NCBI GenBank assembly: GCA_013388835.1
Contig: JACAEL010000071.1
Coordinates: forward strand, 9,714 to 73,713
Source: Candidatus Thorarchaeota archaeon
GTDB taxonomy: Archaea > Asgardarchaeota > Thorarchaeia > Thorarchaeales > Thorarchaeaceae
Length of the DNA stretch: 64,000 nt
Reading direction: 5' to 3'
Shown piece by piece: positions 18,976 through 28,223 of this stretch. A program made the position numbers and the translations under genes. The notes beneath the pieces were generated by a model that saw only the letters and a program-made list of their open reading frames with translations, made no database searches and was not told the origin of the DNA. Each line of letters opens with the position of its first letter. Within the stretch, counting starts at the first letter, position 1.

Positions 18976-20430
18976 CTAACCCTTGATAACACCCATTGGT
19001 CTGAGTCGGACCACTTTCGTTGCAATCCCGACCGAGTCCGAGACCTTCACGACTTCGTCGACATCCTTGTAGGCTCCGGGTGCTTCTTCAGCAATCCCAA
19101 TGGCTTGGGGTGACTTGACTATGATGCCATCCTTCGCGAGACTGGCCTGTACCTCCCGACCCATAAACTCCCTCTTTGCCTTCTCACGGCTCATGAATCT
19201 GCCCGCACCGTGTGCTGTCGAGCCAAATGACAGTTCCATGGCGGTCGGGCTTCCAACGAGTATGTACGACGCCGTTCCCATTGTACCCGGGATCAGAACC
19301 GGCTGTCCGATGTTCTTGTACTCGGCAGGTGTCTCTGGATGACCGGGTGGGAATGCTCTCGTCGCCCCCTTCCTGTGAACTAGTACCTTGCGCTTCTTTC
19401 CCTCTACTACATGCTCCTCAACTTTGCCTATGTTATGTGCAACATCGTAGACCAGTCTCATCTGAAGGTCTTCAGCAGATTGCCCGAATACCTTTGCAAA
19501 GGCCTCTCTCGTCCAGTGCATCATCGCCTGTCGGTTGGCCCACGCATAGTTAGCTGCCGCGCTCATCGCACCCAAGTATGCCTGCCCCTCTGTTGAGGTG
19601 GTTGGCGTACAACACAGTTCTCTGTCCGGTACCTCGATGTTGTACTTCCTCATCGCTTGGGTCATGATTCTGATGTAGTCACTGCAGACTTGGTGTCCAA
19701 GACCTCTTGAACCACTGTGTATCATGACTGTGACCTGCCCGACCCTGGTTATTCCCATGGCCTTTGCAGCCGCCTCGTCATAGATTGTGTCCACGGTCTG
19801 AATCTCAAGGAAGTGGTTGCCCGAGCCAAGAGTCCCGACTTGCCCCACTCCCCTGCTCTTGGCGTCAGAGGACACCTTTGATGCATCAGCTATCTCAAGG
19901 CTTCCGCCAGCCTCTGTGTGTTCGAGGTCTTGCTCCCAACCGAGACCCTTCTCGATGGCCCACTTGGCACCGAGACTCAACACCTCGTCGACTCCTGATG
20001 AACCGCTCAGCCGGGTCAGTCCGGACTTTCCAACTCCCGTGGGTACATCTTGGAAGAGTCTGTCCACAAGTTCTCTTATCTTGGGTCTCACATCCTTCTC
20101 ATCCAGGCTGGTGGTCAGAACACGCACACCGCAGTTGATGTCATATCCGACCCCGCCGGGTGAAATGACCCCGCTGTCATAGTCTGTGGCCGCTACCCCG
20201 CCTATGGGGAAACCATAGCCCTGGTGTCCATCAGGAAGCACTATACTATGAGTGTAGACTCCGGGGAGGCATGCGACATTCGCTCCCTGCTCGAAGGTTG
20301 CGTCCTGTCGCATCTTATCTACAAGCCTCTGTGATGCATAGACTCTCACAGGTACTTTCATGCAGGGCTTGGTGCCCTTCGATATCTCGTAGACGTTGTC
20401 TCCTATTCTCTTGAGTTCCAAGACACTCAT
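18976..20430 (-). CDS. rtcB: RNA-splicing ligase RtcB
   Basis: RtcB blocks (GYGFPIGG, NCGVR, HNHAGR-like). Start placed at the internal ATG at 20430 (MSVLELKRI). Confidence 0.85.
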   Translation of the reverse strand: MSVLELKRIGDNVYEISKGTKPCMKVPVRVYASQRLVDKMRQDATFEQGANVACLPGVYTHSIVLPDGHQGYGFPIGGVAATDYDSGVISPGGVGYDINCGVRVLTTSLDEKDVRPKIRELVDRLFQDVPTGVGKSGLTRLSGSSGVDEVLSLGAKWAIEKGLGWEQDLEHTEAGGSLEIADASKVSSDAKSRGVGQVGTLGSGNHFLEIQTVDTIYDEAAAKAMGITRVGQVTVMIHSGSRGLGHQVCSDYIRIMTQAMRKYNIEVPDRELCCTPTTSTEGQAYLGAMSAAANYAWANRQAMMHWTREAFAKVFGQSAEDLQMRLVYDVAHNIGKVEEHVVEGKKRKVLVHRKGATRAFPPGHPETPAEYKNIGQPVLIPGTMGTASYILVGSPTAMELSFGSTAHGAGRFMSREKAKREFMGREVQASLAKDGIIVKSPQAIGIAEEAPGAYKDVDEVVKVSDSVGIATKVVRLRPMGVIKG

Positions 20431-20585
20431 CTCCGGCCTGTCTTCGTTGTCAGCAGAGTCTTTTGCTATAAGCGTTCCGAAACAGCCCAGTCCTGTGCGT
20501 CGCCGATTGCTTATTATGTGGCATTTCCAGTAGCTGAAGGTTGGTCCTGACAAGAAACAATGGACCAAGGAGGACAGAAAGCCGA

Positions 20586-21623
20586 GTGACCGACATACGG
20601 CTCACATCAATGGTGACAACTCATGGCTGAAGCTGTAAGGTAAAGCAAGATGAACTCACAGGCCTTCTGCAGGCGGCTGGTCTGCTGGAACCAGGAGCTG
20701 TCTGTTCAGGCGGGCTCGGAGAGGATGCTGTGGTCAGAGTAGTTCGCGAGGACCTCGCCGTGGTTGAGAACATCGACGTCTTCACTCCAATTCATGACGA
20801 CCCATTTGTGCAAGGGCAGATTGTTGCTTGCAATTCAACCAACGATGTCTTCACCATGGGGGTCACCGAGATTCTCTCCCTTCAGGCCTTCCTCGCCTAT
20901 CCTCCCACAGTGACCAGGGCTGTCGCGGCTGCTGTCCTGCGTGGAATGAACGACTTCATGAAGTCGGTTGGTTCACGCGTAATGGGTGGCCAGACCATAA
21001 CAAATCCCTGTCCTGCTTTCGGGGGTGTATGCATGGGCATTGCTCGACCCGACGAGATCATTCACTCTAACGGAGCTCGTGTCGGGGATGTCGTGGTACT
21101 CACAAAACCCCTAGGGATACAACCCGCAATGCGATCATATCGCGACATACAGGACGAGTCGAAGCGCGACCCTCTTCTTGCGCGATTCACTACGACCGAG
21201 CTGGAACGGATGCAGCAGACTGCAGTACGAATAATGACAAAGAGCGCTCTTGAAGTCGCGCGAGCGATGAGAGAGGTCGCCGCCCATGCTGCCACTGATG
21301 TCACTGGATTCGGCCTGCTCGGACATGGCTCTAATCTTGCTCGTATGAGTGGTGTCGACATTGTCTTCAGTCAGGTCCCAGTCATTCAGGGCACGCTTGA
21401 ACTGGCCAAGTTCTTTGGTCATCGACTCGCCACCGGGCGCGGCGCAGAAACAGCAGGAGGTGTGCTTGTGGTCATCGACAAGTCCCGTGTCGAGGAGTTC
21501 TGTGGAATCCTCGAAGGTCAGTCCCTCCCATGTTGGATTGTCGGCGAAGTGACTCGACCTAGTGGACTTCCCGAGGCAAGATTGGCCTCGGATGTTCAGT
21601 ATCTCGAAACTGGGTTCCCGTGA
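20586..21623 (+). CDS. selD: Selenophosphate synthetase SelD, selenocysteine-containing (in-frame UGA at 20628-20630)
   Basis: Manual translation from the GTG at 20586 gives (M)TDIRLTSMVTTHG-U-SCKVKQDELTGLL..., which aligns with E. coli SelD [30 protein letters not shown]. The TGA falls on Cys17. Downstream motifs DVFTPIHDDPFVQGQIV...DVFTMGV match SelD TDFFMPIVDNPFDFGRIA...DIFAMGG. An AAGGAGGA motif sits 12 nt upstream. The ORF track starts at 20730 because of the UGA. Confidence 0.75.
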
Positions 21624-21654
21624 TGTGGTCTTAACCCTCTGGGATTGCCACTGA

Positions 21655-21680
21655 GGACGGCCGCCGCAAGCGGCCAGTTT
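21655..21680 (+). promoter_or_regulatory. GC hairpin in the selD 3' UTR (GGCCGC-cgcaa-GCGGCC); candidate SECIS-like element
   Basis: Perfect 6-bp stem with a 5-nt loop, about 35 nt after the selD stop. No covariance-model support available. Confidence 0.15.
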
Positions 21681-21735
21681 CAAACCTCGGTCAGTTCTCT
21701 TCAGTCAGTCGCCGCTAGACAGCCCCTTCTGGTGG

Positions 21736-21900
21736 CTACCCGAGCAGGTGGTTCAGGCTGTCAAACAGCTCAGTGATGCCTTCCAGTGAGGAGAGGTCAA
21801 TCTCTGGGTCGATGAACTTCCTCAGCTCGGCAATCTCTGCGAGTTCTGGTTCTCGGAACAGCCAGAACTCCTCTTGGACCATTTCTCTAGACTCGGCCAT
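21736..21900 (-). CDS. Small acidic hypothetical protein (54 aa)
   Basis: Manual reverse translation gives MAESREMVQEEFWLFREPELAEIAELRKFIDPEIDLSSLEGITELFDSLNHLLG. It is the only ORF in a 470-bp gap. Confidence 0.15.
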   Translation of the reverse strand: MAESREMVQEEFWLFREPELAEIAELRKFIDPEIDLSSLEGITELFDSLNHLLG

Positions 21901-22097
21901 GTTCGACTTCACTCCAAAGTGAATCTCACAGTATACTTCGTGTTTTGCCGATATAACTTCTTTGTATGTGCCCTATTCTAGCGACATTGTGTCCTGACAG
22001 CGCCGGGTCTCAGCCCGAGCATCCAACGACAAACCATTTATCTCCCGGTTTACTGCAAGGTTTGTGCGGCTCTAGTTATCCAAGATGGTGAGCGTGA

Positions 22098-22799
22098 ATG
22101 AAGATTGTTGTAACGGGTCCATACGAAGCTGGCAAGAGCCTTCTCATTCATCACATAACAAATGGTGCATGCATAAACGTGGAACGGCGCGGGACCACCA
22201 TTGCCATGGATCATGGTGTGGCTAACGTGGATGGTATGACCGTCTTCCTCTTTGGCACTCCGGGTCTTCTGCGCTTCAGAACGATGCGAAAGATACTGAG
22301 TTCAGGTGCTGATGGAATCGTATTCGTAGTTGACTCAGCAGACAAGGAGTCCGACGCAAGAGCCAAGATGTTCTTCAGGGAGATTGCCTTCTTCCTTCCC
22401 GGTGTCCCCTGCGTGGTTGCTGCCAACAAACAGGACCTCTCTGCCGCCCGGCCAGTGGATGTATTGAGGGAGGACATGCGTTTCTTGGCCGGCGTTCCTG
22501 TGATACCGGTGTCCGCAAAGACAGGTGCAAATGTGGATGCTATGCTTCGCACGCTCCTGTTTCTTACCATGATGCAATGGAGTTCAGTCTTCACCAAGTT
22601 CGCTCAGTACAGCGGCACCTCCCACGGACTCAGTAGCCTGATGTCCGACCTGAAGATGGGGCGTGACCAAGTAGTCGGGTATCTTCGTAGATTCGAGCTC
22701 AGAAAGCTCCTTGAGGTGCAAGTGGGCGACGAGCAGTTCGTGGTCCGGGACTCTGTGAGACCTCTCTTGGAGAATCCGTCGATGCTCGTACGACGCTAG
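22098..22799 (+). CDS. MglA-like small GTPase
   Basis: P-loop GPYEAGKS, G3 with PG (FGTPGLLRF) as in MglA, G4 NKQD, 233 aa. Confidence 0.7.
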   Translation: MKIVVTGPYEAGKSLLIHHITNGACINVERRGTTIAMDHGVANVDGMTVFLFGTPGLLRFRTMRKILSSGADGIVFVVDSADKESDARAKMFFREIAFFLPGVPCVVAANKQDLSAARPVDVLREDMRFLAGVPVIPVSAKTGANVDAMLRTLLFLTMMQWSSVFTKFAQYSGTSHGLSSLMSDLKMGRDQVVGYLRRFELRKLLEVQVGDEQFVVRDSVRPLLENPSMLVRR

Positions 22800-22855
22800 A
22801 AGGTCATGGAGAAAGAATCAAAAGCGAGTGAAATGGCCCCGGTGCACAGACAGAG

Positions 22856-23782
22856 GTGAACCCCATGACCGAGGGCGACTCTTTCGAAGACCTTGACCCA
22901 GTACAACTCCTTGAACAGGCCGCAGCAGCTGAGCAAGCGGGTGACAAATCGACCGCGGCCAAAATACTCAACACGGTGGGCAATATCTACATGTCTGTTG
23001 CAGACTATCAGGAGGCCCTTACGAACTTCGAGCGTGCACTGAAGATGTATCAGGAGTTGGAAGAGGCGGCCGGAATTGGGGACACTATCTACAATCTCGG
23101 AGTCGCTCAGATCAACCTTGAGCGCTGGGAGGATGCTGCCAAGACCCTCAGTGAAGCTCTCGCTTTCTTTGAGAAGACCTCCAACGAAGATGGCACTGCA
23201 GACGCGCTCTACGGGTTGGCTCTTGCAAAGCTCGGTATGAATGCATTCGAAGAAGCCATGGAGTTCTTCAAGAAGGCCCAGCGTGTCTACAAGGCTGCCG
23301 GAAATGAGCAGGGCTTCGTGAGCACAGTCATGGATATCGGTAATGCATATGCCGACAAGGAGGACTGGGAGAACGCTGAGAAGACCTTCAAGAAGGCCCT
23401 GACAATCTATCGAGAACTGGATGACGCATCCGGCATCGCAGACGCTCTCTCGTTGTTGGGTGACATTGCTGAGACGCAGGAGAACCAGAAGAAGGCAGTG
23501 GAGCTGTTTGTGGAGGCTGCTCAATACTACGTCAAGGCTGGGATACTCGATATCGCCAGAGAGGTCATAGAACGAGCCGAGAGCAAGCTCTGGGATGTGC
23601 CCAAGGCAACTCGACGGCGCCTAAGACCGATGATTGACGAGGTGATTGACAACCTTCCTGAAGAACCTGAGGAAGAGGCGGAGGACGGGTCCGAACTCAG
23701 CGACGAGGACTTTGATGAGGAACTACTAGACATCGGGACTGAAGGTGAGGACTACTCCGACACGGACAACGACGTCGAGTGA
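22856..23782 (+). CDS. TPR-repeat protein with an acidic C-terminal tail
   Basis: Multiple 34-residue TPR-like units (W-LG-Y-A-F-A-P consensus positions). C-terminus EEPEEEAEDGSELSDEDFDEE... Confidence 0.75.
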   Translation: MNPMTEGDSFEDLDPVQLLEQAAAAEQAGDKSTAAKILNTVGNIYMSVADYQEALTNFERALKMYQELEEAAGIGDTIYNLGVAQINLERWEDAAKTLSEALAFFEKTSNEDGTADALYGLALAKLGMNAFEEAMEFFKKAQRVYKAAGNEQGFVSTVMDIGNAYADKEDWENAEKTFKKALTIYRELDDASGIADALSLLGDIAETQENQKKAVELFVEAAQYYVKAGILDIAREVIERAESKLWDVPKATRRRLRPMIDEVIDNLPEEPEEEAEDGSELSDEDFDEELLDIGTEGEDYSDTDNDVE

Positions 23783-23870
23783 TGTGGCACGAGCAGGCTC
23801 TGACGCCCGGTGGAACCGCAGACAAAACTCTAATACAGTTGCTTCCCTCTCCGGTCTGTATCCGAAGAGG

Positions 23871-26800
23871 ATGACTGTCATGTCCAAAGACTGCCGCAGT
23901 TTGCTCACCATCCTGACCTTTCTCCTAATCTTAGGTGCTAATTGGAGTCCTGGATTGCTTCAGAACACCGCCTCAGAGCATGCACGCGCCGGAGTGTTTC
24001 AACTGGCGGAGTTCATGGACACCTACAATACTGTTCCTCTGCGACGCGCTACCCTTGTCCATGCGGATTCCTCTTCCTACGTCGACGAGTTTGCGTATAT
24101 GGCCTCTATCCCGTCAGGCGTCTTCGTGAACGGTACTAGCCGATATATCTCTCCCATTCTCTTCTTCAATCAGTCCGACTCACAGAGATGGCTTCTTGAG
24201 GACTGGGTGGAGTATCTCGATGTCGATGGCGGGGTTACTCAGTTCACGGTGGTCGGGGATGCCACACTTGAGTCTGTGGAGTCCGTTGCTACAGCGCTCG
24301 GTGTGGTACCTTACCCATGGGTGCGGGGAGGGACCTCGGCAGAGATTGCAGCTTATCTTGCACTGGCCGACTGGAGCGAATCCGACTCTGCGGTCGTCGC
24401 CCTCTCACATGATGCCTGGACCACTCCTACTCCCCTGACAGGGGAATCGAGTCGGTCGATGGAGGGACTGACGACTGTGACACAGACCAGTCAAGTCACA
24501 GTCCTTTCCGACAACCCCTTTTCAGTATCCTTCTCTTCCACCTCCGGTGTTGGTTGGCTGGAGGGCGCATTCAACTGGACAGGTGACTTCTGGTGCACTC
24601 ATGTCTTGGACGATCCCCTTGGACATCATGTGGACTACTCGATAAGGAGCCAGACCTACTGGGAACGCTTCAGTCCACTTGTCCATGCGCCCGTGCCTCT
24701 CTACTTCTGGTATCCGAACACCGCAAACGGCACATGGGATGTCACAATCACTCCTCAATCGATAGGCATCTTCCCTGTCGTTCTTGACTTCGAGCTTATT
24801 CTTCACCCCGGGTACACGGAGTCTATCTCGGTCCCAGCCAACGCAAAGTCACTGGACGTCACTCTGTCTTGGGACAAGAGGGGTACTGACCTCAATCTCG
24901 CTCTGATCGACCCACAAGGACGGCTTGTCCAGTGGGCCCCCTCGGGTAGCCTGATCTCTGGTCCGGGACGCGAGTCTGTTTCGGTACCATACCCGATGGA
25001 GGGAGAGTGGCAGGTCGTTGTCGCCTGGATGAATGCTAATGGCGAGCAGAACAACGCGAAGGTCTCATGGGTCATTGAGCGGTTGCCTCAGGACCTGCAG
25101 TATTTTCTCGAGTCTGCTGCCAATGGTGCCGTCCTTGCTTCCCTTCTCAACTCCCCACTATTGTATACAGACGCAGCATCGGTCCCGGAGATAACGTCTT
25201 GGGTCATTGAAGAACTCGATGTCAACCACATCTTCTTGGTTGACCCCGCCAATCTGCACTCTGTATCGGTCATGACAGAACTCAGTTCACTTGGTGTTGT
25301 GGTCAATCTCTACAACTATCCCCTGGTCTCACAGTGGATTCGCCAGCTGTCCAAGAGCAATGATGTTGTCATCACTATTCCGCGTGGTGATGCATCGGAG
25401 TTCTTTCCAGCAGCTGCATACTCTGCAGCGTTTCATGGTGCTCCAGTCTTCTCTCTGTGTGACCAGCACAACGTGATGACCACGAGAGCTGAGGCAACAT
25501 GGTACCCGTATCTCATAGGACCAGAGATCGACATCTACATCACCAGTAGATACTCCACACGAAGTGAGAACGGCTGGTTCGACGAGCGCATACCTAACCG
25601 TTATACGATGACGAGTTCGGTTGAGGCGTTCGAGGGTTTCCTAGACGACCGGGGTGCGTATAACTCGACTGTCCCTCAGAAAGTGGTAGTCGTGTCCCCT
25701 GATACTGTCATCAAGACAAGCTTCGACCGGTCCATACAGAGCCACTTCTTGCCCGGTCGGATTCCTGCCGCAACACCCTCTCTGGCAGCGGTGCAGGTCA
25801 ATCGTGCGGCTCTCCACAGGTTCATTTTCCGGATCGCTGAGTCCGCAGACCGTGCGCTAGTGACGATGTATGCGTACACTCACGGTGCTCAGTTCATTGA
25901 CAACGGTGCCCAGATCCATACCATCTACCAATTTGAGAACACATCCGACTCTGTTCAAGACGCCGGGTTGGAAGTCGATGCTCATGTGGGCTACAGCGAA
26001 GTCTTCGCATCTCTCGCGGCTCAACCTGCCCTGTGGGTCCTTAGCACCCACGGGACGCTGACGCGCTATCCCACGGACCCTCCAGCTCGCCCGGGTGGAG
26101 ACGGTCTCTTCTCTCTGCGCAGCACGGATGCAGAGTATGGTCGTGAGAGTTCGTCAACCAGAGACGCAAATGCAGACAAACTGGTCAACCCTGTCCAGTT
26201 CACGGAAGAGGAGTCTCTTCATCGAATCGAGTCGACCGCCACGCTCGCGGCCGGTGTGGGTAACATGGGGTCTCCCATTGTTATTCTCACAGCCTGTCTT
26301 CTAGGAGGTTCAATGCTTCCCATGACGCTCATGGAGCACGGGGCTGTGTCAGTTGTGGCCTCGCCACGCACAGTCTATTTCCAGCCGGCTGCGATGGTAT
26401 CTCTGGTCATGCTTGAAGACCTCGCCAGCGGTGAGACCATTGGTAGCGCGCTTGGTCATGGAATCGTGCAGGTCTCATATGACTATTCAAATCCGCCCAG
26501 CCAAGACCCCAGAGACTATGCATGTCAGCATGTGCTCTTCGGCGATCCGAGCATCATGCTCTATGACCCTGATGCTGTTCCAAGGGTGCCTGCTGTAGAT
26601 GGGCAATCTGCAGTCTTTGGCTCTCACGTACCTGGACGTGGAACGAACCCGGTGGCTGCACTGGGCACCTCGAGTACGCTTCCGTCGGCACTCACACAAG
26701 CTGGCGTGGACTATGACTATTATGAGGTTGATAACTACTCTGGCTTCCGTAGCCTCCTTCCAGTCCGGAAGTGCGTGATTCTAGAACCTGGCTCTTACGA

Positions 26801-27743
26801 CTCATTCTCCGCATTGATGGCTGTAGATGCATCTGCTCTGGCAACATTTGTGTCCGGCGGTGGTGTCTTGGCCCTGATTGGCGTGTCCGACGATAGTGAA
26901 TGGCTCCCGTGGGGAGCTTCAGTCGACGAAGGTCCTAGCGGCCTGTCTATCGAACTCACTGACACTACACACCCTCTGATGACAACTCCCAATCTCCTCA
27001 ACAGCAGCACATCTTACCAAGGCCGTTTCTTGTCCATGTGGGAGAACTACTCGGTCCTTGCCACCGACCCCATAGGACCCGTAATCATCGCATCTTCTGT
27101 CGGCTTTGGAAAGGTGATGCTGTCAACCATCCGTCCTAGTGGCGAATGGCTGAACCAGTTTGTGGAGAACATCGCTCTGTGGGGCAACCAGCCGTCGCTG
27201 TGGTTGAGATCCATCTCACTCAGTCAGGTGATCATATGGGGCGGAGACCGTGTAACGGTCGTGCTCCGTATCACGGACCGTGTTGGCAAGCCTGTCTCCG
27301 GGGTTGCTCTGAGTCTACGGTTGAACTCCTCAGATGTCAGTGACAGACTCCACGAGACCACTCCTGGTCAGTTCAGCATACTGTTGGACGAGACGTGGAC
27401 GAATGAACATGTGGGTATGTTGACATTGAACCTGACAGCGAAGAAGGCTGGGCATGACACACTCACACTTGTGCTGTACCGATTCATGTACGTCCGGCCG
27501 TCGCCCTGGCCTGCGATAGCGATACTCTCGATTGGGATAATAGCGCTCTTCGTCGGGTATGCATATATCAAGCGACGCAGAGGTGAGACAATCCTACCAT
27601 CATGGCACCTTGGAAGCCTCATCAGAAGAGACAACATGACCAGAGAAGAGCGCAAGCGGAAGAAGGAGGAGGAACGCAGACGGAGAGAGGAGCGAAAGAA
27701 GAAGGAATCGGAGTTTGATGCCAAGGAGTTCTTTGGTGTATGA
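23871..27743 (+). CDS. Large (about 1,290 aa) type-I membrane surface protein with a highly charged cytoplasmic tail
   Basis: Signal peptide at the internal ATG at 23871 (MTVMSKDCRSLLTILTFLLILGA). Many NxS/T sequons. C-terminal TM helix AIAILSIGIIALFVGYAYI followed by an RRRGE...REERKRKKEEERRRREERKKKESEF tail. Confidence 0.6.
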   Translation: MTVMSKDCRSLLTILTFLLILGANWSPGLLQNTASEHARAGVFQLAEFMDTYNTVPLRRATLVHADSSSYVDEFAYMASIPSGVFVNGTSRYISPILFFNQSDSQRWLLEDWVEYLDVDGGVTQFTVVGDATLESVESVATALGVVPYPWVRGGTSAEIAAYLALADWSESDSAVVALSHDAWTTPTPLTGESSRSMEGLTTVTQTSQVTVLSDNPFSVSFSSTSGVGWLEGAFNWTGDFWCTHVLDDPLGHHVDYSIRSQTYWERFSPLVHAPVPLYFWYPNTANGTWDVTITPQSIGIFPVVLDFELILHPGYTESISVPANAKSLDVTLSWDKRGTDLNLALIDPQGRLVQWAPSGSLISGPGRESVSVPYPMEGEWQVVVAWMNANGEQNNAKVSWVIERLPQDLQYFLESAANGAVLASLLNSPLLYTDAASVPEITSWVIEELDVNHIFLVDPANLHSVSVMTELSSLGVVVNLYNYPLVSQWIRQLSKSNDVVITIPRGDASEFFPAAAYSAAFHGAPVFSLCDQHNVMTTRAEATWYPYLIGPEIDIYITSRYSTRSENGWFDERIPNRYTMTSSVEAFEGFLDDRGAYNSTVPQKVVVVSPDTVIKTSFDRSIQSHFLPGRIPAATPSLAAVQVNRAALHRFIFRIAESADRALVTMYAYTHGAQFIDNGAQIHTIYQFENTSDSVQDAGLEVDAHVGYSEVFASLAAQPALWVLSTHGTLTRYPTDPPARPGGDGLFSLRSTDAEYGRESSSTRDANADKLVNPVQFTEEESLHRIESTATLAAGVGNMGSPIVILTACLLGGSMLPMTLMEHGAVSVVASPRTVYFQPAAMVSLVMLEDLASGETIGSALGHGIVQVSYDYSNPPSQDPRDYACQHVLFGDPSIMLYDPDAVPRVPAVDGQSAVFGSHVPGRGTNPVAALGTSSTLPSALTQAGVDYDYYEVDNYSGFRSLLPVRKCVILEPGSYDSFSALMAVDASALATFVSGGGVLALIGVSDDSEWLPWGASVDEGPSGLSIELTDTTHPLMTTPNLLNSSTSYQGRFLSMWENYSVLATDPIGPVIIASSVGFGKVMLSTIRPSGEWLNQFVENIALWGNQPSLWLRSISLSQVIIWGGDRVTVVLRITDRVGKPVSGVALSLRLNSSDVSDRLHETTPGQFSILLDETWTNEHVGMLTLNLTAKKAGHDTLTLVLYRFMYVRPSPWPAIAILSIGIIALFVGYAYIKRRRGETILPSWHLGSLIRRDNMTREERKRKKEEERRRREERKKKESEFDAKEFFGV

Positions 27744-27848
27744 GTGTTTTGCGCAAATGAGTGGGTCGGACGCCCCATTCTCATAACAAGATTTTATAGT
27801 GGAGTGGATGCGACTCACCTCATCTACCTTGGTGTAGAGGTCAGCCAG

Positions 27849-28211
27849 ATGGCAAGCCGTGTAGACAAGATCAACTCAGCAATTCGCGATTTTGAAACAG
27901 TGCCCGGTGTGGAGGGCGCCGCACTAGTCTCTAGTGATGGTCTGATGATATCGTCAGCATTGCCTGAGAGTGAGCAGGAGCGCGTTGCCGCAATAAGCGC
28001 TGCGATGCTCTCCCTGGGTGAGAAGATCTCAGGTGAGCTCAATCGCGGCAGTTTCCTTGAAATATACGTGAAGAGTGAGAGGGGTTACACACTGATGACC
28101 TCTGTTGGGGACAATGCCCTCATGATGGTCCTGGCCAAGCCCGACGCACAGCTGGGGCTTATCTTCCTAGACATGAAGAGGCTGGCTCAGAGCCTCGTAG
28201 ACATACTGTAG
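27849..28211 (+). CDS. Roadblock/LC7 domain protein (MglB-like)
   Basis: Typical Roadblock pattern from the internal ATG at 27849: VPGVEGAALVSSDGLMISS...AAMLSLGE...GYTLMTSVGDNALMMVL. Confidence 0.75.
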   Translation: MASRVDKINSAIRDFETVPGVEGAALVSSDGLMISSALPESEQERVAAISAAMLSLGEKISGELNRGSFLEIYVKSERGYTLMTSVGDNALMMVLAKPDAQLGLIFLDMKRLAQSLVDIL

Positions 28212-28223
28212 ACGTGTGACCAT

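Noticed and set aside
21135-21683. 182-aa and 99-aa minus-strand ORFs
   Set aside because: Antisense to selD, whose sense frame matches SelD family motifs throughout.
22796-23524. 242-aa ORF on the minus strand
   Set aside because: Entirely antisense to the well-supported TPR gene (22856-23782). Low-complexity, Leu/Cys-rich translation. Typical shadow ORF of a GC-rich coding strand.
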